The notes under the pieces: generated by a model
What the model saw: the letters and a program-made list of their open reading frames with translations, nothing else
Database searches by the model: none
What the model was told of the DNA's origin: nothing
Shown: one piece after another, positions 38,057 through 49,244 of the stretch
How positions within the stretch are numbered: position 1 is the first letter of the stretch
Layout of the letters: each line of letters starts with the position of its first letter
Made by a program: the position numbers and the translations under genes
NCBI GenBank assembly: GCA_029248105.1
Contig: JAQWJZ010000011.1
Location: forward strand, 3,221 to 67,220
Source: Flavobacteriales bacterium
GTDB lineage: Bacteria > Bacteroidota > Bacteroidia > Flavobacteriales > UBA7312
Direction of reading: 5' to 3'
Length of the DNA: 64,000 nucleotides

Positions 38057-39154
38057 TTATGTGTTGAATCTGAAGTGCATAATATCACCATCAGCAACTA
38101 CATACTCTTTACCTTCTACTGACATTTTACCATTTTCCTTGCAAGCTAATTCAGAGCCTAAATCAACAAAATCAGCATACTTAATAACCTCGGCACGAAT
38201 AAAGCCTTTTTCAAAGTCGGTATGTATTACTCCAGCTGCTTGTGGGGCTTTCATACCTTCTTTTATAGTCCATGCTCTAACCTCTTTTACTCCTGCTGTA
38301 AAATAGGTGTACAAATTCAATAATTGATATGCCGAACGAATAAGTTTACTTACTCCTGGCTCGTCCAAGCCCATATCTTCAAGAAACATTTGACGTTCTT
38401 CATAACTCTCAAGCTCTGTAATATCAGCCTCTGTTGAGGCGGCTATCATCAACACAGAAGCATCTTCATCTTTGACCATTTCTTTTACCTTTTCTACATG
38501 AGGGTTACCGTTTTTTATGGATGCTTCATCAACATTACAAACATACATAATGGGTTTATCGGTAAGTAACATCAAATCAGCAACGTGTTCTTTTTCTTTG
38601 TCTTCTAGATCAATACTTCTGACTGACTTACCTTGTTCCAGATGCTCCTTGTATTTGGTTAAAATATCAACCACCTTTCTAGAATCTTTATCTCCTGTTC
38701 TAGATAACTTCTCATACTTTTGGAGTTTCTTATCTACAGCTTCTAAGTCTTTTAACTGTAGCTCAATGTCAATAGTTTCTTTATCCCTGATAGGGTCAAC
38801 TGAACCATCCACATGAACGATATTATCATTTTCAAAACACCTCAACACATGTATTATAGCATCTGTTTCACGGATATTTGCTAAGAATTTATTTCCCAAG
38901 CCCTCTCCTTTACTAGCACCTTTTACTAATCCAGCAATATCAACTATTTCAATAGTTGTAGGTTGAACTTTTTCTGGTTGAACTAAACGTTCCAACTCGT
39001 TCAATCTATTATCAGGAACACTAATAACACCTACATTAGGTTCAATAGTACAAAAGGGAAAGTTTGCCGATTGTGCTTTAGCATTAGACAAACAATTAAA
39101 CAAAGTAGATTTTCCAACATTTGGCAAACCAACTATTCCACACTTCAAAGCCAT
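38057..39154 (-). CDS. ychF: redox-regulated ribosome-binding ATPase YchF
   Basis: [13 protein letters not shown]-loop, DIAGLV, and a C-terminal TGS/YchF domain. Confidence 0.95.
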   Translation of the reverse strand: MALKCGIVGLPNVGKSTLFNCLSNAKAQSANFPFCTIEPNVGVISVPDNRLNELERLVQPEKVQPTTIEIVDIAGLVKGASKGEGLGNKFLANIRETDAIIHVLRCFENDNIVHVDGSVDPIRDKETIDIELQLKDLEAVDKKLQKYEKLSRTGDKDSRKVVDILTKYKEHLEQGKSVRSIDLEDKEKEHVADLMLLTDKPIMYVCNVDEASIKNGNPHVEKVKEMVKDEDASVLMIAASTEADITELESYEERQMFLEDMGLDEPGVSKLIRSAYQLLNLYTYFTAGVKEVRAWTIKEGMKAPQAAGVIHTDFEKGFIRAEVIKYADFVDLGSELACKENGKMSVEGKEYVVADGDIMHFRFNT

Positions 39155-39171
39155 ATCAATTATATTTTTTG

Positions 39172-39179
39172 CAAAGATA
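39172..39179 (-). promoter_or_regulatory. Bacteroidota -7 box TATCTTTG (ychF)
   Basis: Exact TAnnTTTG on the minus strand, 17 nt upstream of ATG 39154. Confidence 0.45.
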
Positions 39180-39241
39180 ATCAGCTATTTAAACATTTTT
39201 GAAAAAATATTAACAATTGTAAATCCCCATTCTAAAAGACT

Positions 39242-39249
39242 TACATTTG
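39242..39249 (+). promoter_or_regulatory. Bacteroidota -7 box TACATTTG (transketolase operon)
   Basis: Exact TAnnTTTG 20 nt upstream of ATG 39270. Confidence 0.45.
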
Positions 39250-39269
39250 ATAATTAATCAAGTTAGACC

Positions 39270-40109
39270 ATGACAGAAGATTTAAATGCTATATGTAATC
39301 AGATAAGAAGAGATATTGTTCGTATGGTACACGCCCAAAGCTCAGGACACCCTGGCGGCTCTCTAGGATGTGTTGAATATTTGGTAGCTCTCTATTTTGA
39401 AATCATGAATCACAAAACCGATTTTGAGATGGACGGTATTGAAGAGGATTTATTTTTCCTTTCAAATGGTCATATTTCTCCCGTTTTGTATAGTGTGTTA
39501 GCAAGGCGAGGCTATTTTGACGTAAAAGAATTATCAACTTTCAGGACTATAAATTCAAGATTACAAGGACACCCTACCACTCATGACCAACTACCTGGAG
39601 TACGAATTGCTTCTGGTTCTTTAGGACAAGGTATGTCGGTTGCTATTGGAGCAGCGCTTACAAAAAAATTAAATGACGATTCTTCAATCGTTTATAGTTT
39701 ACATGGCGACGGTGAGCTACAAGAAGGTCAAATTTGGGAAGCCGCTATGTACGCAGCAGGAAACAAAGTAGATAACTTAATTTGTACAATTGATTACAAT
39801 CAAAAACAAATCGATGGTGCTTTAGACGATGTTTTGCCAATGGGCAACATTAAACACAAATTTGAAGCCTTTGGCTGGAGAGTCTTAGAAACAAAAGAAG
39901 GGAACAACATTAACAACATGATTAGCGTTCTTAATGAAGCGAAGTCACTATGTGGCAATGGTACGCCTATTTGCATAATAATGCATACCGAAATGGGCAA
40001 TGGTGTTGATTTTATGATGGGAACTCACAAATGGCATGGTGTAGCTCCTAACGACGAGCAATTAGCTGAAGCTCTTGCTCAAAACCCTGAATCACTAGGT
40101 GATTATTAA
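39270..40109 (+). CDS. transketolase, N-terminal (TPP-binding) subunit
   Basis: SGHPGGSLG, and the TPP motif HGDGELQEGQIWEA...N. At 279 aa it corresponds to the N-terminal third of a full-length transketolase. Confidence 0.9.
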   Translation: MTEDLNAICNQIRRDIVRMVHAQSSGHPGGSLGCVEYLVALYFEIMNHKTDFEMDGIEEDLFFLSNGHISPVLYSVLARRGYFDVKELSTFRTINSRLQGHPTTHDQLPGVRIASGSLGQGMSVAIGAALTKKLNDDSSIVYSLHGDGELQEGQIWEAAMYAAGNKVDNLICTIDYNQKQIDGALDDVLPMGNIKHKFEAFGWRVLETKEGNNINNMISVLNEAKSLCGNGTPICIIMHTEMGNGVDFMMGTHKWHGVAPNDEQLAEALAQNPESLGDY

Positions 40110-40114
40110 ACTAG

Positions 40115-41488
40115 ATGTTAAGTTTTAAAAAACATATTCTTCTAACTATGATAGGCTTTATTAGCTTATCACTCCCATTACAGTCATTTGCTCAAAAGGA
40201 AAAAAAACTTACTCGTGTGTTATTTATTTTTGATGCTTCACAGAGTATGTATGCCCCATGGGAAGGAAATAGCCGAATGGAAATAGCCAAAGAATTACTT
40301 AGTAATATGTTGGATAGCCTAGACAACAAAGAAAATCTAGAGGTAGGACTAAGGTGTTATGGTCATCAAAAACCATCACCACCACAAGATTGTAGAGATA
40401 CTAAACTTGAAGTAGCACTCGGCAAAAATACTATACCTGCTATAAAGAAAAGGTTAAAAACACTACGTCCTAAAGGAACTACCCCAATAGCTAAAGCTCT
40501 AGAGTCGGGCGCTCTCGATTTTCCTACCAATACTTCCAACTCAAGAAATATCGTTATTCTTATTACCGATGGTATAGAAGAATGTGGTGGTGATCCTTGT
40601 GCTGTTTCTAGATTATATCAAGAAAGAAAAATTATTCTTAAGCCTTTCGTTATTGGAATTGGACTAAGTGAAGAATACAAAAAGAATTTTGAATGTGTTG
40701 GTACATTTTACGACGCTAGAAATCCCGAGCAATTCAAGAATATCTTAGATGTTGTTATTTCACAAGTTCTTAACTCAACCACCGCTCAAGTCAATTTGTT
40801 AGACGAAAACGAAATGCCTACAGAAACAAATGTTCCTCTTAGCTTTTACGATGCATATTCAGGTATCCTTCAATACAACTTTATTCATACTATGAATAGC
40901 AGAGGTAACCCAGACACCTTAAATATAGATCCTGTATTGAACTATAGAGTTGTTGCCCACACCATACCCCCTACAGAAGCGGAAGGAGATTGGAAATTAG
41001 TTCCTGGCAAACACACTACAATACCTATCAAATGCCCTCAAGGTACATTAAGTATTAGTTCTCCAATAAACAAAGCAAAAGTCGATTGCATTGTTAGAGA
41101 AAAAGGAGACACAAGAACACTAAATATACAAGAGCTTAATACAAAGCATAGATACTTGACAGGTAATTACGACTTAGAAATATTAACCCTCCCTAGAATT
41201 TATGAAACGATAGAAATTAAACAAAGTGAATCTACCAATGTAAAAATTCCTGAGTCTGGCTTAGTAGTTTTATCGTTTTCTTCATCAGCATACGGAAGTA
41301 TCTTTGAAGTTGGTAATGAACTAAAATGGGTGTGCGATTTAAAAGCTGTAAAAGGAAGACAAACGTTGTACCTATTACCAGGAAAATATAAAGTGGTTTA
41401 CAGAGCCAAAAACGCATCTTCTAGCGAATATACCAAAGAAAAAACATTTAAAGTAAGTTCTATCAAAACAGTATCTCTAAAATTATAA
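40115..41488 (+). CDS. secreted VWA domain-containing protein
   Basis: Signal peptide ending SFAQ and a MIDAS motif DASQS in VLFIFDASQSM, with GTTPIAKAL and ITDGIEE. The C-terminal ~250 aa are beta-rich. Intergenic gaps to both flanking transketolase genes are 5 nt and 3 nt. Confidence 0.75.
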   Translation: MLSFKKHILLTMIGFISLSLPLQSFAQKEKKLTRVLFIFDASQSMYAPWEGNSRMEIAKELLSNMLDSLDNKENLEVGLRCYGHQKPSPPQDCRDTKLEVALGKNTIPAIKKRLKTLRPKGTTPIAKALESGALDFPTNTSNSRNIVILITDGIEECGGDPCAVSRLYQERKIILKPFVIGIGLSEEYKKNFECVGTFYDARNPEQFKNILDVVISQVLNSTTAQVNLLDENEMPTETNVPLSFYDAYSGILQYNFIHTMNSRGNPDTLNIDPVLNYRVVAHTIPPTEAEGDWKLVPGKHTTIPIKCPQGTLSISSPINKAKVDCIVREKGDTRTLNIQELNTKHRYLTGNYDLEILTLPRIYETIEIKQSESTNVKIPESGLVVLSFSSSAYGSIFEVGNELKWVCDLKAVKGRQTLYLLPGKYKVVYRAKNASSSEYTKEKTFKVSSIKTVSLKL

Positions 41489-41491
41489 CAA

Positions 41492-42427
41492 ATGGAAATG
41501 AAAGACACTCGCTCAGGATTTGGAGCAGGATTAACTGAACTTGGAAAGAGCAATCCTAATGTTGTTGCATTATGTGCTGACCTTACCGGTTCTTTGAAGA
41601 TGAATGAATTTGCGAATAATCATCCTGAACGATTTTTTCAAACCGGAATCGCCGAAGCTAATATGATGGGAATTGCCGCAGGCTTAACCATAGGTGGTAA
41701 AATTCCTTTTACAGGTACTTTTGCTAACTTCTCTACTTCAAGAGTTTATGACCAAATCAGACAATCTATTGCTTATTCAGAGAAGAATGTAAAAATATGC
41801 GCTTCTCATGCTGGCTTAACTCTAGGTGAAGATGGTGCAACCCATCAAGTTTTAGAAGATATAGGCATGATGAAGATGCTTCCAGGTATGGTAGTCATTA
41901 ATCCCTGCGACTACAACCAAACTAAAGCAGCTACTGTTGCCATAGCAGATCACGTAGGTCCTGTTTACCTTCGTTTTGGCAGACCCAAAGTACCTAACTT
42001 TACTGATGAAAACCAAAAATTCGAAATCGGTAAAGCCATAAATTTAAATGAAGGAAAAGACGTTAGCATATTTGCCACAGGACATTTAGTATGGGAAGCT
42101 TTAGAAGCCAAAAAAGAGTTAGAGAAAGAAGGAATAAGTGCAGAAATCATTAACATTCATACCATTAAACCCCTAGATGAGAAAACCATTTTAGAGTCTG
42201 CAGCAAAAACAAAATGTGTAGTAACTGCTGAAGAGCATATGCTCAATGGTGGGCTTGGCGATAGTGTTGCTCAATGTCTTTCAAGAAATAACCCCACACC
42301 TATCGAAATGGTAGGCGTAAACGATACTTTTGGAGAAAGTGGAAAACCCCAAGAACTTATGGTTAAGTATGGTCTAGATTCTCAAAGTATTGTAAAGGCT
42401 GCATTAAAAGTTGTCAAAAGAAAATAA
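41492..42427 (+). CDS. transketolase, C-terminal (pyrimidine-binding) subunit
   Basis: [23 protein letters not shown], and a C-terminal transketolase domain. Confidence 0.9.
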   Translation: MEMKDTRSGFGAGLTELGKSNPNVVALCADLTGSLKMNEFANNHPERFFQTGIAEANMMGIAAGLTIGGKIPFTGTFANFSTSRVYDQIRQSIAYSEKNVKICASHAGLTLGEDGATHQVLEDIGMMKMLPGMVVINPCDYNQTKAATVAIADHVGPVYLRFGRPKVPNFTDENQKFEIGKAINLNEGKDVSIFATGHLVWEALEAKKELEKEGISAEIINIHTIKPLDEKTILESAAKTKCVVTAEEHMLNGGLGDSVAQCLSRNNPTPIEMVGVNDTFGESGKPQELMVKYGLDSQSIVKAALKVVKRK

Positions 42428-43619
42428 ATATACTCAAGGGCAAGACGTATTTTTTAAACATCAGGCTCAAACGACTCCATTTGCCACTGGCATGGAAATA
42501 TCTCATGCCAGCGGTATGTATATCCATGATGTGAATAACAATAAATACCTTGATTTAGTAGCTGGTGTGTCAGCCTGTACGCTAGGACATAGCCACCCAG
42601 CAATTATTCAAAGTGTTAATGAGCAAATACAACGCTATGCACACGTTATGGTATATGGAGAATATGTACAATCACCACAATACCAACTATCACAATTACT
42701 AGTAGATAATTTGCCTGAAAATTTAAACTGCACCTATTTAGTTAATTCAGGAACAGAAGCTATTGAAGGGGCTATGAAATTAGCTAAGCGTATAACTTCA
42801 AAAAGCAAGATTATATCTTTTAACAACAGTTATCATGGTAGCACACATGGAGCTTTGAGTATTATGGGTAAAGAATTGTATAAAACCAAATACCGCCCTC
42901 TTTTACCCCATTGTGAATTAATAGATTACAACAGTACCGAACAACTCGTGCTAATAGACAACCTAACAGCAGCAGTAGTCGTTGAACCCATACAAGGTGC
43001 TACTGGCTTTTCCGTACCGTCTAAAAAGTGGTTAAAGGCACTCAGACAACGTTGTGACGAAGTGGGTGCGCTTCTTATATTTGATGAAATTCAAACGGGC
43101 TTTGGTAGAACAGGTCAATTATTTGCTCTAGATACTTTTGATGTGATACCTGATATTCTTTGCATTGCTAAAGGAATGGGAGGCGGAATGCCGATAGGTT
43201 GCTTCATCAGTTCTAAGGAAAATATGGACAAACTAAAAGACAATCCTAAACTAGGACATATTACCACCTTTGGTGGGCATCCCGTTTGTTGTGCTGCTTC
43301 ACTAGCTACCCTAAAAACCTTGTTAGAAGAAAAAGAAATTATTCAATCCATAGAACGTAAAGAAGCCCTATTCAGAGAACATTTAAAACACGATAAAATA
43401 AAAGAAATCCGTGGCAAGGGTTTAATGTTAGCTATTGAATTGGAAAAACCCAATTATTGCCAGCAACTTGTAGAGAAAGGTTATGAAAAGGGCTTAATCA
43501 TGTTCTTCTTCTTGTTTACAAATTCAGCAGTACGCCTTTCTCCACCTCTAATAATTTCAGAAGAAGAAATAATAGTAGCATGTCATAAAATCAAAGAAAT
43601 ACTAAACGAATTAGAATAA
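42411..43619 (+). CDS. class-III (acetylornithine/GABA-type) aminotransferase family protein
   Basis: [23 protein letters not shown], and the PLP-lysine segment CIAKGMGGG. Only a TTG start is available upstream of conserved N-terminal sequence. It overlaps the previous gene by 17 nt. Confidence 0.85.
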   Translation: MSKENKYTQGQDVFFKHQAQTTPFATGMEISHASGMYIHDVNNNKYLDLVAGVSACTLGHSHPAIIQSVNEQIQRYAHVMVYGEYVQSPQYQLSQLLVDNLPENLNCTYLVNSGTEAIEGAMKLAKRITSKSKIISFNNSYHGSTHGALSIMGKELYKTKYRPLLPHCELIDYNSTEQLVLIDNLTAAVVVEPIQGATGFSVPSKKWLKALRQRCDEVGALLIFDEIQTGFGRTGQLFALDTFDVIPDILCIAKGMGGGMPIGCFISSKENMDKLKDNPKLGHITTFGGHPVCCAASLATLKTLLEEKEIIQSIERKEALFREHLKHDKIKEIRGKGLMLAIELEKPNYCQQLVEKGYEKGLIMFFFLFTNSAVRLSPPLIISEEEIIVACHKIKEILNELE

Positions 43620-43620
43620 G

Positions 43621-44139
43621 ATGAAAAACATTCTTTTAATAGCTTCTATTTTTGCATTTTCGATAGCTTGTGGAACTAATGAAGATAATAGAGGTTATAA
43701 GGTTAATATTGGCGATACTTGTCCAGAATTTATCCTACCACTTATGGACGGAACGCCTATTTCTAATGAATCTCTTCTTGGTAAAGTAAGTGTCATTCAA
43801 TTCACAGCTTCTTGGTGTGGTGTTTGTAGAAAAGAAATGCCCCATTTAGAATCAGAAGTATGGCAAGAGTTTAAAGGCGAAGATTTTATATTACTAGGTG
43901 TGGATTTGAAAGAAACTCCAGAAAAAACAAAATCATTTATTGAAGAAATGCAAGTGACTTATCCCATAGCACTTGACACTAATGGATATGTTTTTGAACA
44001 ATTTACACTACCAAAAGCTGGAGTGACACGAAATATAGTCTTAGACAGAGAAGGAAAAATAATTTTTCTTACTCGCTTATTTGATAGGGTAGAATTTTAT
44101 CAAATGATTGAAGTGATAAGAAAAGAGCTAGAGAAATAA
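43621..44139 (+). CDS. TlpA-family thiol:disulfide oxidoreductase lipoprotein
   Basis: Lipobox SIAC and the thioredoxin-fold active site WCGVC. Confidence 0.8.
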   Translation: MKNILLIASIFAFSIACGTNEDNRGYKVNIGDTCPEFILPLMDGTPISNESLLGKVSVIQFTASWCGVCRKEMPHLESEVWQEFKGEDFILLGVDLKETPEKTKSFIEEMQVTYPIALDTNGYVFEQFTLPKAGVTRNIVLDREGKIIFLTRLFDRVEFYQMIEVIRKELEK

Positions 44140-44140
44140 A

Positions 44141-44383
44141 TCACTTTTGATTTGAAGATTTGAAACGTCCTTTAACGAACCCTCTTAAAGAAAGGTGTTT
44201 TGTCCTTCTACTTTTAACACGCTTACGCCACATAATAAATGATGAACGTTTCATATGCTTGCGCATCAGTTGACGCACCTCATTTTCTTTTAAATTATAT
44301 TGTAGTTCTATAGCGTCAAAAGGAGTCCTGTCCTCCCATGCCATCTCTATAATTCTATCGATATCTATTTCTCTAAACTGCAA
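44141..44383 (-). CDS. TIGR03643/DUF2805 family protein
   Basis: IIEMAWEDRTPFDAI...MRKHMK...FIMWRKRV matches the DUF2805 pattern as I recall it. Confidence 0.7.
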   Translation of the reverse strand: MQFREIDIDRIIEMAWEDRTPFDAIELQYNLKENEVRQLMRKHMKRSSFIMWRKRVKSRRTKHLSLRGFVKGRFKSSNQK

Positions 44384-44386
44384 TTA

Positions 44387-46606
44387 TTACTGCTTAATTA
44401 ATTTCTTAATAGAATTATTGAAGTGAACAAAATAAATACCTGATTCAAGATTCTCTAAATTCACAAGGAGTTTTAGGTCGTTTTTGTAAGTGGAGTACAC
44501 CTCTTGAGAAAGCGTATTATAGACTTCAACTAAACCTTCGGTATTACTTTCCAAAGTGAAAACTCCATCAGTGGGGTTAGGAAATAGTCCAAATTGAAAA
44601 GTTTCAGATAGATTATATGATGTAGATAAGCCCGACTCAACACAAAATTCAAGCGTTATATCATCACCAAAATCTGAATTAGGCTCATTTAACTCTGTAA
44701 GGGTGTTGCCATCGTTATCATATATAGTAAAATCACCATCAAATTCACAAGTGTGCTGAGAACCGTACAAACCATCGCCATATTCATCTTCAACAATAAA
44801 CTTATAGCATCCATCAAGCAAACACCAATTTTCAATAACATTTTCAGGGTTTGACTCCATATCTTGCGCATTATTTCCTCCAGGATAGTAACCACTAGAA
44901 ACAGAGTAAACCACCTGACCGTTGGTATTTTGTAATTCCCATGAGGTTTCTTCACCATAACAATCCGGTAAAAAATCCAACTCTACTAAATTTGCTGCAA
45001 CACTAATGTAATCGTTCATAGAGAAATCATCCGAATTTTCTGTACCAGTAACGCTTAAAGAAACATCATAAGTTCCTGGCGAATTATAAGTTACATTATG
45101 AGGCCCAGAACCAATTGCTGAAGATGGTGTGCCACCGGGAAATTGCCACTCATAAGCTGTTATCTCACCAGATGATATAGAAGAGAAAGTAACAGAAGAA
45201 TTAAGGCAAACATTAGTTTCTGAACTATTGAAAGCAGCTGTTACTGCTGCACTTTGGTTGCAGTACAAACCGTTTAGTGTAACAGCATTAGTATTAGCTG
45301 GATCTAGCCAAGGTTTGAGTTGCTCAGAACTTGAATTACTTAACTGATCCCAACCATGCCAAAGTTTGCCGTAAATATCGGTCTGATTAGTAGCATCACA
45401 AAAAGATGATCCACCAGTAAGTACACCTACTAGCAAGGAATTTTGATTATATATAGGAGAACCAGAAGAACCACCTTCTGTTACTCCATGACCATTAGTC
45501 GTTGATGCCCATTGTACTTGCCAATGTGTAGTATTATCAAAGCCAAAACCCAAACCACTAGATGTTGACAAACTATTCGTGAATGTTGATATTTTCATAA
45601 TATCCCCACTAGGGTGATGAATACTCACACCACTTGTAGCTGGTGAATTAGAACGATTCCATCCAGAAAAATACGGGTCAAAATCAGGATCACTATTTAG
45701 CTCAACTAAGAAAAAATCAGGGTCACCTACATTCCCTTCACCACCACTATTTGCCACTCTAGAACAACCTGTAATAGAATGCGTATTATTAGGCACCGAA
45801 TTGTTGCAGTTTGATGAGCGATAATTAAAATAAAAGATGGATTGGTTCAAACCATTATCACTTATATCTCCACCGCTAAAACAGTGGTCAGCAGAAAGCA
45901 CATATGGAGTACAGTTATTTAGAGTATTATTAACTAAAGCTCCTGAACATAATCCAACGTTCCAACCAGAGCCAATTTGAATTCTACAAACAGATTTCTT
46001 TTGATTCTCCCAAGCATTTCCTTCAGAGCAATTAGTATTTACTTGGCAATCATCTGAAGAGTTATATCCACTTAATTGACCTCCACTAATATCTCGGTAA
46101 GCATAAACAAAACGATTAATGGACAATTTGAGTTCACTCATGACATGAGACGGCTGAAAATACTCTAATATGAGCATATCTCCATAAATAACTTCAGTAG
46201 CATAAACGCCTGAGGGAGGATTATTTTTTGAAGTGAACGGACCTATTTTTTGACTTTGAGAAGGGTTGTAAATGTATAACTCGCCACCAGATGGAATCCA
46301 AAAGTCATCGTAGTACAAAGAAATACCTTTTGCTTCATCGGCTTGAATAGCAAGGGTCCAAACCTTACCACCTTCCACATTAGTCCAAGAGCCCTTAGTG
46401 TCTCTATTTATATCACACGTCACAAACCTTCCGAAATTAAAAATTTGACCTTTAACAACCTCTTCATTGATAAGCTCATCTACATCAGAAGGTTTGTCAA
46501 AAGAAAGTAAAGCGATTTCAGAACCTGAATCTAGAAAATTGGATTTTATATTCTGAGCATTTAAAAAAGTAAAACTCAACAAAAACAATAGAAGTGATCT
46601 ATACAT
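44387..46606 (-). CDS. T9SS-secreted trypsin-like serine endopeptidase with PKD domain and C-terminal sorting domain
   Basis: Signal peptide, catalytic His (LSADHC) and Ser (GGSSGSP), a PKD-like segment (YEWQFPGGTP...GTYDVSLSV), and the C-terminal GLFPNPTDGVFTL...GIYFVHF T9SS sorting domain. Confidence 0.8.
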   Translation of the reverse strand: MYRSLLLFLLSFTFLNAQNIKSNFLDSGSEIALLSFDKPSDVDELINEEVVKGQIFNFGRFVTCDINRDTKGSWTNVEGGKVWTLAIQADEAKGISLYYDDFWIPSGGELYIYNPSQSQKIGPFTSKNNPPSGVYATEVIYGDMLILEYFQPSHVMSELKLSINRFVYAYRDISGGQLSGYNSSDDCQVNTNCSEGNAWENQKKSVCRIQIGSGWNVGLCSGALVNNTLNNCTPYVLSADHCFSGGDISDNGLNQSIFYFNYRSSNCNNSVPNNTHSITGCSRVANSGGEGNVGDPDFFLVELNSDPDFDPYFSGWNRSNSPATSGVSIHHPSGDIMKISTFTNSLSTSSGLGFGFDNTTHWQVQWASTTNGHGVTEGGSSGSPIYNQNSLLVGVLTGGSSFCDATNQTDIYGKLWHGWDQLSNSSSEQLKPWLDPANTNAVTLNGLYCNQSAAVTAAFNSSETNVCLNSSVTFSSISSGEITAYEWQFPGGTPSSAIGSGPHNVTYNSPGTYDVSLSVTGTENSDDFSMNDYISVAANLVELDFLPDCYGEETSWELQNTNGQVVYSVSSGYYPGGNNAQDMESNPENVIENWCLLDGCYKFIVEDEYGDGLYGSQHTCEFDGDFTIYDNDGNTLTELNEPNSDFGDDITLEFCVESGLSTSYNLSETFQFGLFPNPTDGVFTLESNTEGLVEVYNTLSQEVYSTYKNDLKLLVNLENLESGIYFVHFNNSIKKLIKQ

Positions 46607-46644
46607 AAATTTATTGTTAGGTTAGCACACAATAGTGATAGGTA

Positions 46645-46652
46645 CAAAAATA
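46645..46652 (-). promoter_or_regulatory. Bacteroidota -7 box TATTTTTG (T9SS protease gene)
   Basis: Exact TAnnTTTG on the minus strand, 38 nt upstream of ATG 46606. Confidence 0.4.
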
Positions 46653-46694
46653 AGGAATTGTAAATTAATCTTCACAGTTTTGATGCTTAACTCT

Positions 46695-46702
46695 TATATT
46701 TG
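46695..46702 (+). promoter_or_regulatory. Bacteroidota -7 box TATATTTG (ABC transporter gene)
   Basis: Exact TAnnTTTG 11 nt upstream of ATG 46714. Confidence 0.45.
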
Positions 46703-46713
46703 CCCTGTAAATT

Positions 46714-48456
46714 ATGTCAAAAAATAAAAAACTATCATTAAAACGAGCCAGTCGTTTATTCCAATATATTAAACCTTACAGAGTAGAGTTTTCTTTTGGT
46801 CTTTTCTTCCTATTATTATCAACAGCAGCATCCTTAATATTTCCTGCATTGATGGGGCAACTTGTAGATTCTGCATCTGATAAACTCATCAGTAATATTA
46901 ATGAAATAGCCATTGCCCTTCTGGTATTATTTGCCTTACAAGCCATCTTTTCATACTTCAGGATTGTACTTTTCGTGAATGTTACAGAAAAAACATTAGC
47001 CGTAATTCGTCAAGAAACCTATGCCCACCTCATTAAACTACCTATGAACTTCTTTTCTAAAAGAAGGGTTGGTGAATTGAACAGCCGTATTGCCTCTGAC
47101 ATTTCACTTTTACAAGAAACATTTACAACAGATTTAGCTGAATTTATACGTCAAATCTTGATTGTTATAGGTGGTATTGCATTCCTTTCTTTTACCTCCG
47201 TAAAACTCACTTTGTTTATGCTAGCTATTATCCCTGCAATGATGTTAGCTGCTGTCTTTTTTGGTAAATATATCAAACGTTTTTCTAAACAGGTACAAGA
47301 GAAAGTAGCAGAGTCAAATACCATTATTGAAGAAACATTGCAAGGTATATCAAACGTCAAAGCCTTTACCAATGAGTTTTTTGAAATTAATCGTTATACC
47401 AAAAAAACAAATGAAGTAATGAATATAGCCAAGAAAGGCGGTCGATATAGAGGTGCCTTTGCTTCATTTATTATTTTCTGCTTATTCGGCTCAATTGTAG
47501 CAGTTATTTGGTACGGTGTTTTAATGATAAACTCAAACGAATTAAGTATAGGTGAATTATTCACTTTTATACTATACTCCGTATTCATAGGTGCTTCAGT
47601 AGGTGGCATGGCAGACATATATGCTAAACTCCAAAAAGCCATTGGTGCTACCGAACATTTGATGGATATTTTAGACGAAGAAAAGGAAGATATTAACTCA
47701 ACATACGATGCAGAAGCTGTTAGAGGTCAAATACAATTCAAAGATTTGAGCTTTGCCTATCCTAATAGAGCTGATGTTCAAGTACTAAAGAATCTAAACT
47801 TTACAGTCAAGCAAGGGCAAAATATCGCTCTAGTTGGACCTAGCGGTGCAGGAAAAACAACGCTAACCTCTATCCTATTTGGATTTTACAAAATCGAAGA
47901 AGGTCAAATCACTATTGATAATAAAAATATTGAAGATTATGACCTTCACTTTTTAAGAAAACAGATTGCTATTGTCCCTCAAGATGTTTTGTTATTTGGT
48001 GGCACTATCAAAGAAAATATCGCCTACGGAAAATTAGATGCTAATGATGAAGAAATAGAAGAGGCTGCCCAAAAAGCTAACGCTCTGAATTTTATTAATG
48101 ACTTTCCAGAAAAAATGGATACCCTTGTCGGTGAACGTGGTATTCAACTTTCTGGTGGACAAAGGCAACGTATTGCTATTGCTAGAGCCTTGCTCAAAAA
48201 TCCAAGTATTTTAATTTTAGACGAAGCGACTAGTGCACTAGATTCAGAGTCGGAAAAATTAGTGCAAGAAGCTATGGATATTCTTATGAAATGTAGAACA
48301 TCTATAGTTATAGCACACCGACTTTCCACCATTAAAAATGCAGATTGTATATTAGTGCTCGAAAATGGACAAATCATTGAACAAGGTACGCACCAAGAAC
48401 TTACAGGAAATGGCGGCTTATACAGTCAACTTAGTGATATGCAATTCAACCATTAG
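46714..48456 (+). CDS. ABC transporter permease/ATP-binding fusion protein (MsbA/multidrug-exporter type)
   Basis: Six-TM N-terminal domain, Walker A GPSGAGKTT, signature LSGGQRQR, Walker B ILILDEATSALD. Confidence 0.92.
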   Translation: MSKNKKLSLKRASRLFQYIKPYRVEFSFGLFFLLLSTAASLIFPALMGQLVDSASDKLISNINEIAIALLVLFALQAIFSYFRIVLFVNVTEKTLAVIRQETYAHLIKLPMNFFSKRRVGELNSRIASDISLLQETFTTDLAEFIRQILIVIGGIAFLSFTSVKLTLFMLAIIPAMMLAAVFFGKYIKRFSKQVQEKVAESNTIIEETLQGISNVKAFTNEFFEINRYTKKTNEVMNIAKKGGRYRGAFASFIIFCLFGSIVAVIWYGVLMINSNELSIGELFTFILYSVFIGASVGGMADIYAKLQKAIGATEHLMDILDEEKEDINSTYDAEAVRGQIQFKDLSFAYPNRADVQVLKNLNFTVKQGQNIALVGPSGAGKTTLTSILFGFYKIEEGQITIDNKNIEDYDLHFLRKQIAIVPQDVLLFGGTIKENIAYGKLDANDEEIEEAAQKANALNFINDFPEKMDTLVGERGIQLSGGQRQRIAIARALLKNPSILILDEATSALDSESEKLVQEAMDILMKCRTSIVIAHRLSTIKNADCILVLENGQIIEQGTHQELTGNGGLYSQLSDMQFNH

Positions 48457-48473
48457 GAATAAAACATAAACCC

Positions 48474-49244
48474 ATGAAACACATCATAAGCCTAGTAACT
48501 CGATTAATACCAAGACACTATTTACATCATATTAGTCACTTTTTTCTAAGGATTTTCTCCTTATTTATGAGAGGTAATAAATTCGAAGACCCCATAAATG
48601 GATATACTTACAGAAAATTATTGCCTTACGGAAGGCTCCGTTCAAGAGAAAATGCCATTGCTCCTGATAGTATGTCTTTAGAAAGACACCGCCTTATTTG
48701 GTTGTACCTTAAGGAAAAAACAAATTTCTTCACCGATAATTTAAAATTCTTACACATCGCTCCAGAATACTGTTTTATCAAGCTATTCAAAAATCAAAAG
48801 AACCTTGATTACACCACAGCGGATTTAAACTCTCCATGGGCTGATGTAAAAATGGACGTTCACGACATTCCCTTTAATGACAATAGCTTTGATGTGATAA
48901 TGTGTAATCATGTCTTAGAACACGTGCAAGATGATAGAAAAGTAATGAAAGAATTCTTCAGAGTAATGAACAAAGGCGGTTGGGGAATTTTTCAAGTACC
49001 TATTGACACCACTAGATCAAAAACTTTTGACGATCCCACAATCACAGACCCAAAAGAAAGAGAAAAACATTATTGGCAAGACGACCATGTTAGACTTTAT
49101 GGTTTGGATTACGGCAAAATCCTCTCTGAAGCTGGTTTCGAAGTCATAGAAGATGACTACATAAATAAGTTAGACCCTAAGCTAGTTGATCGCCATGCAC
49201 TTCCTAAAGGAGAAATTATTTATTTCTGCAAAAAACCGCTCTAA
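48474..49244 (+). CDS. class I SAM-dependent methyltransferase (Methyltransf_11-like)
   Basis: FLHIAPE...DL..., FDVIMCNHVLEHV and GGWGIFQVP segments. Confidence 0.7.
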   Translation: MKHIISLVTRLIPRHYLHHISHFFLRIFSLFMRGNKFEDPINGYTYRKLLPYGRLRSRENAIAPDSMSLERHRLIWLYLKEKTNFFTDNLKFLHIAPEYCFIKLFKNQKNLDYTTADLNSPWADVKMDVHDIPFNDNSFDVIMCNHVLEHVQDDRKVMKEFFRVMNKGGWGIFQVPIDTTRSKTFDDPTITDPKEREKHYWQDDHVRLYGLDYGKILSEAGFEVIEDDYINKLDPKLVDRHALPKGEIIYFCKKPL

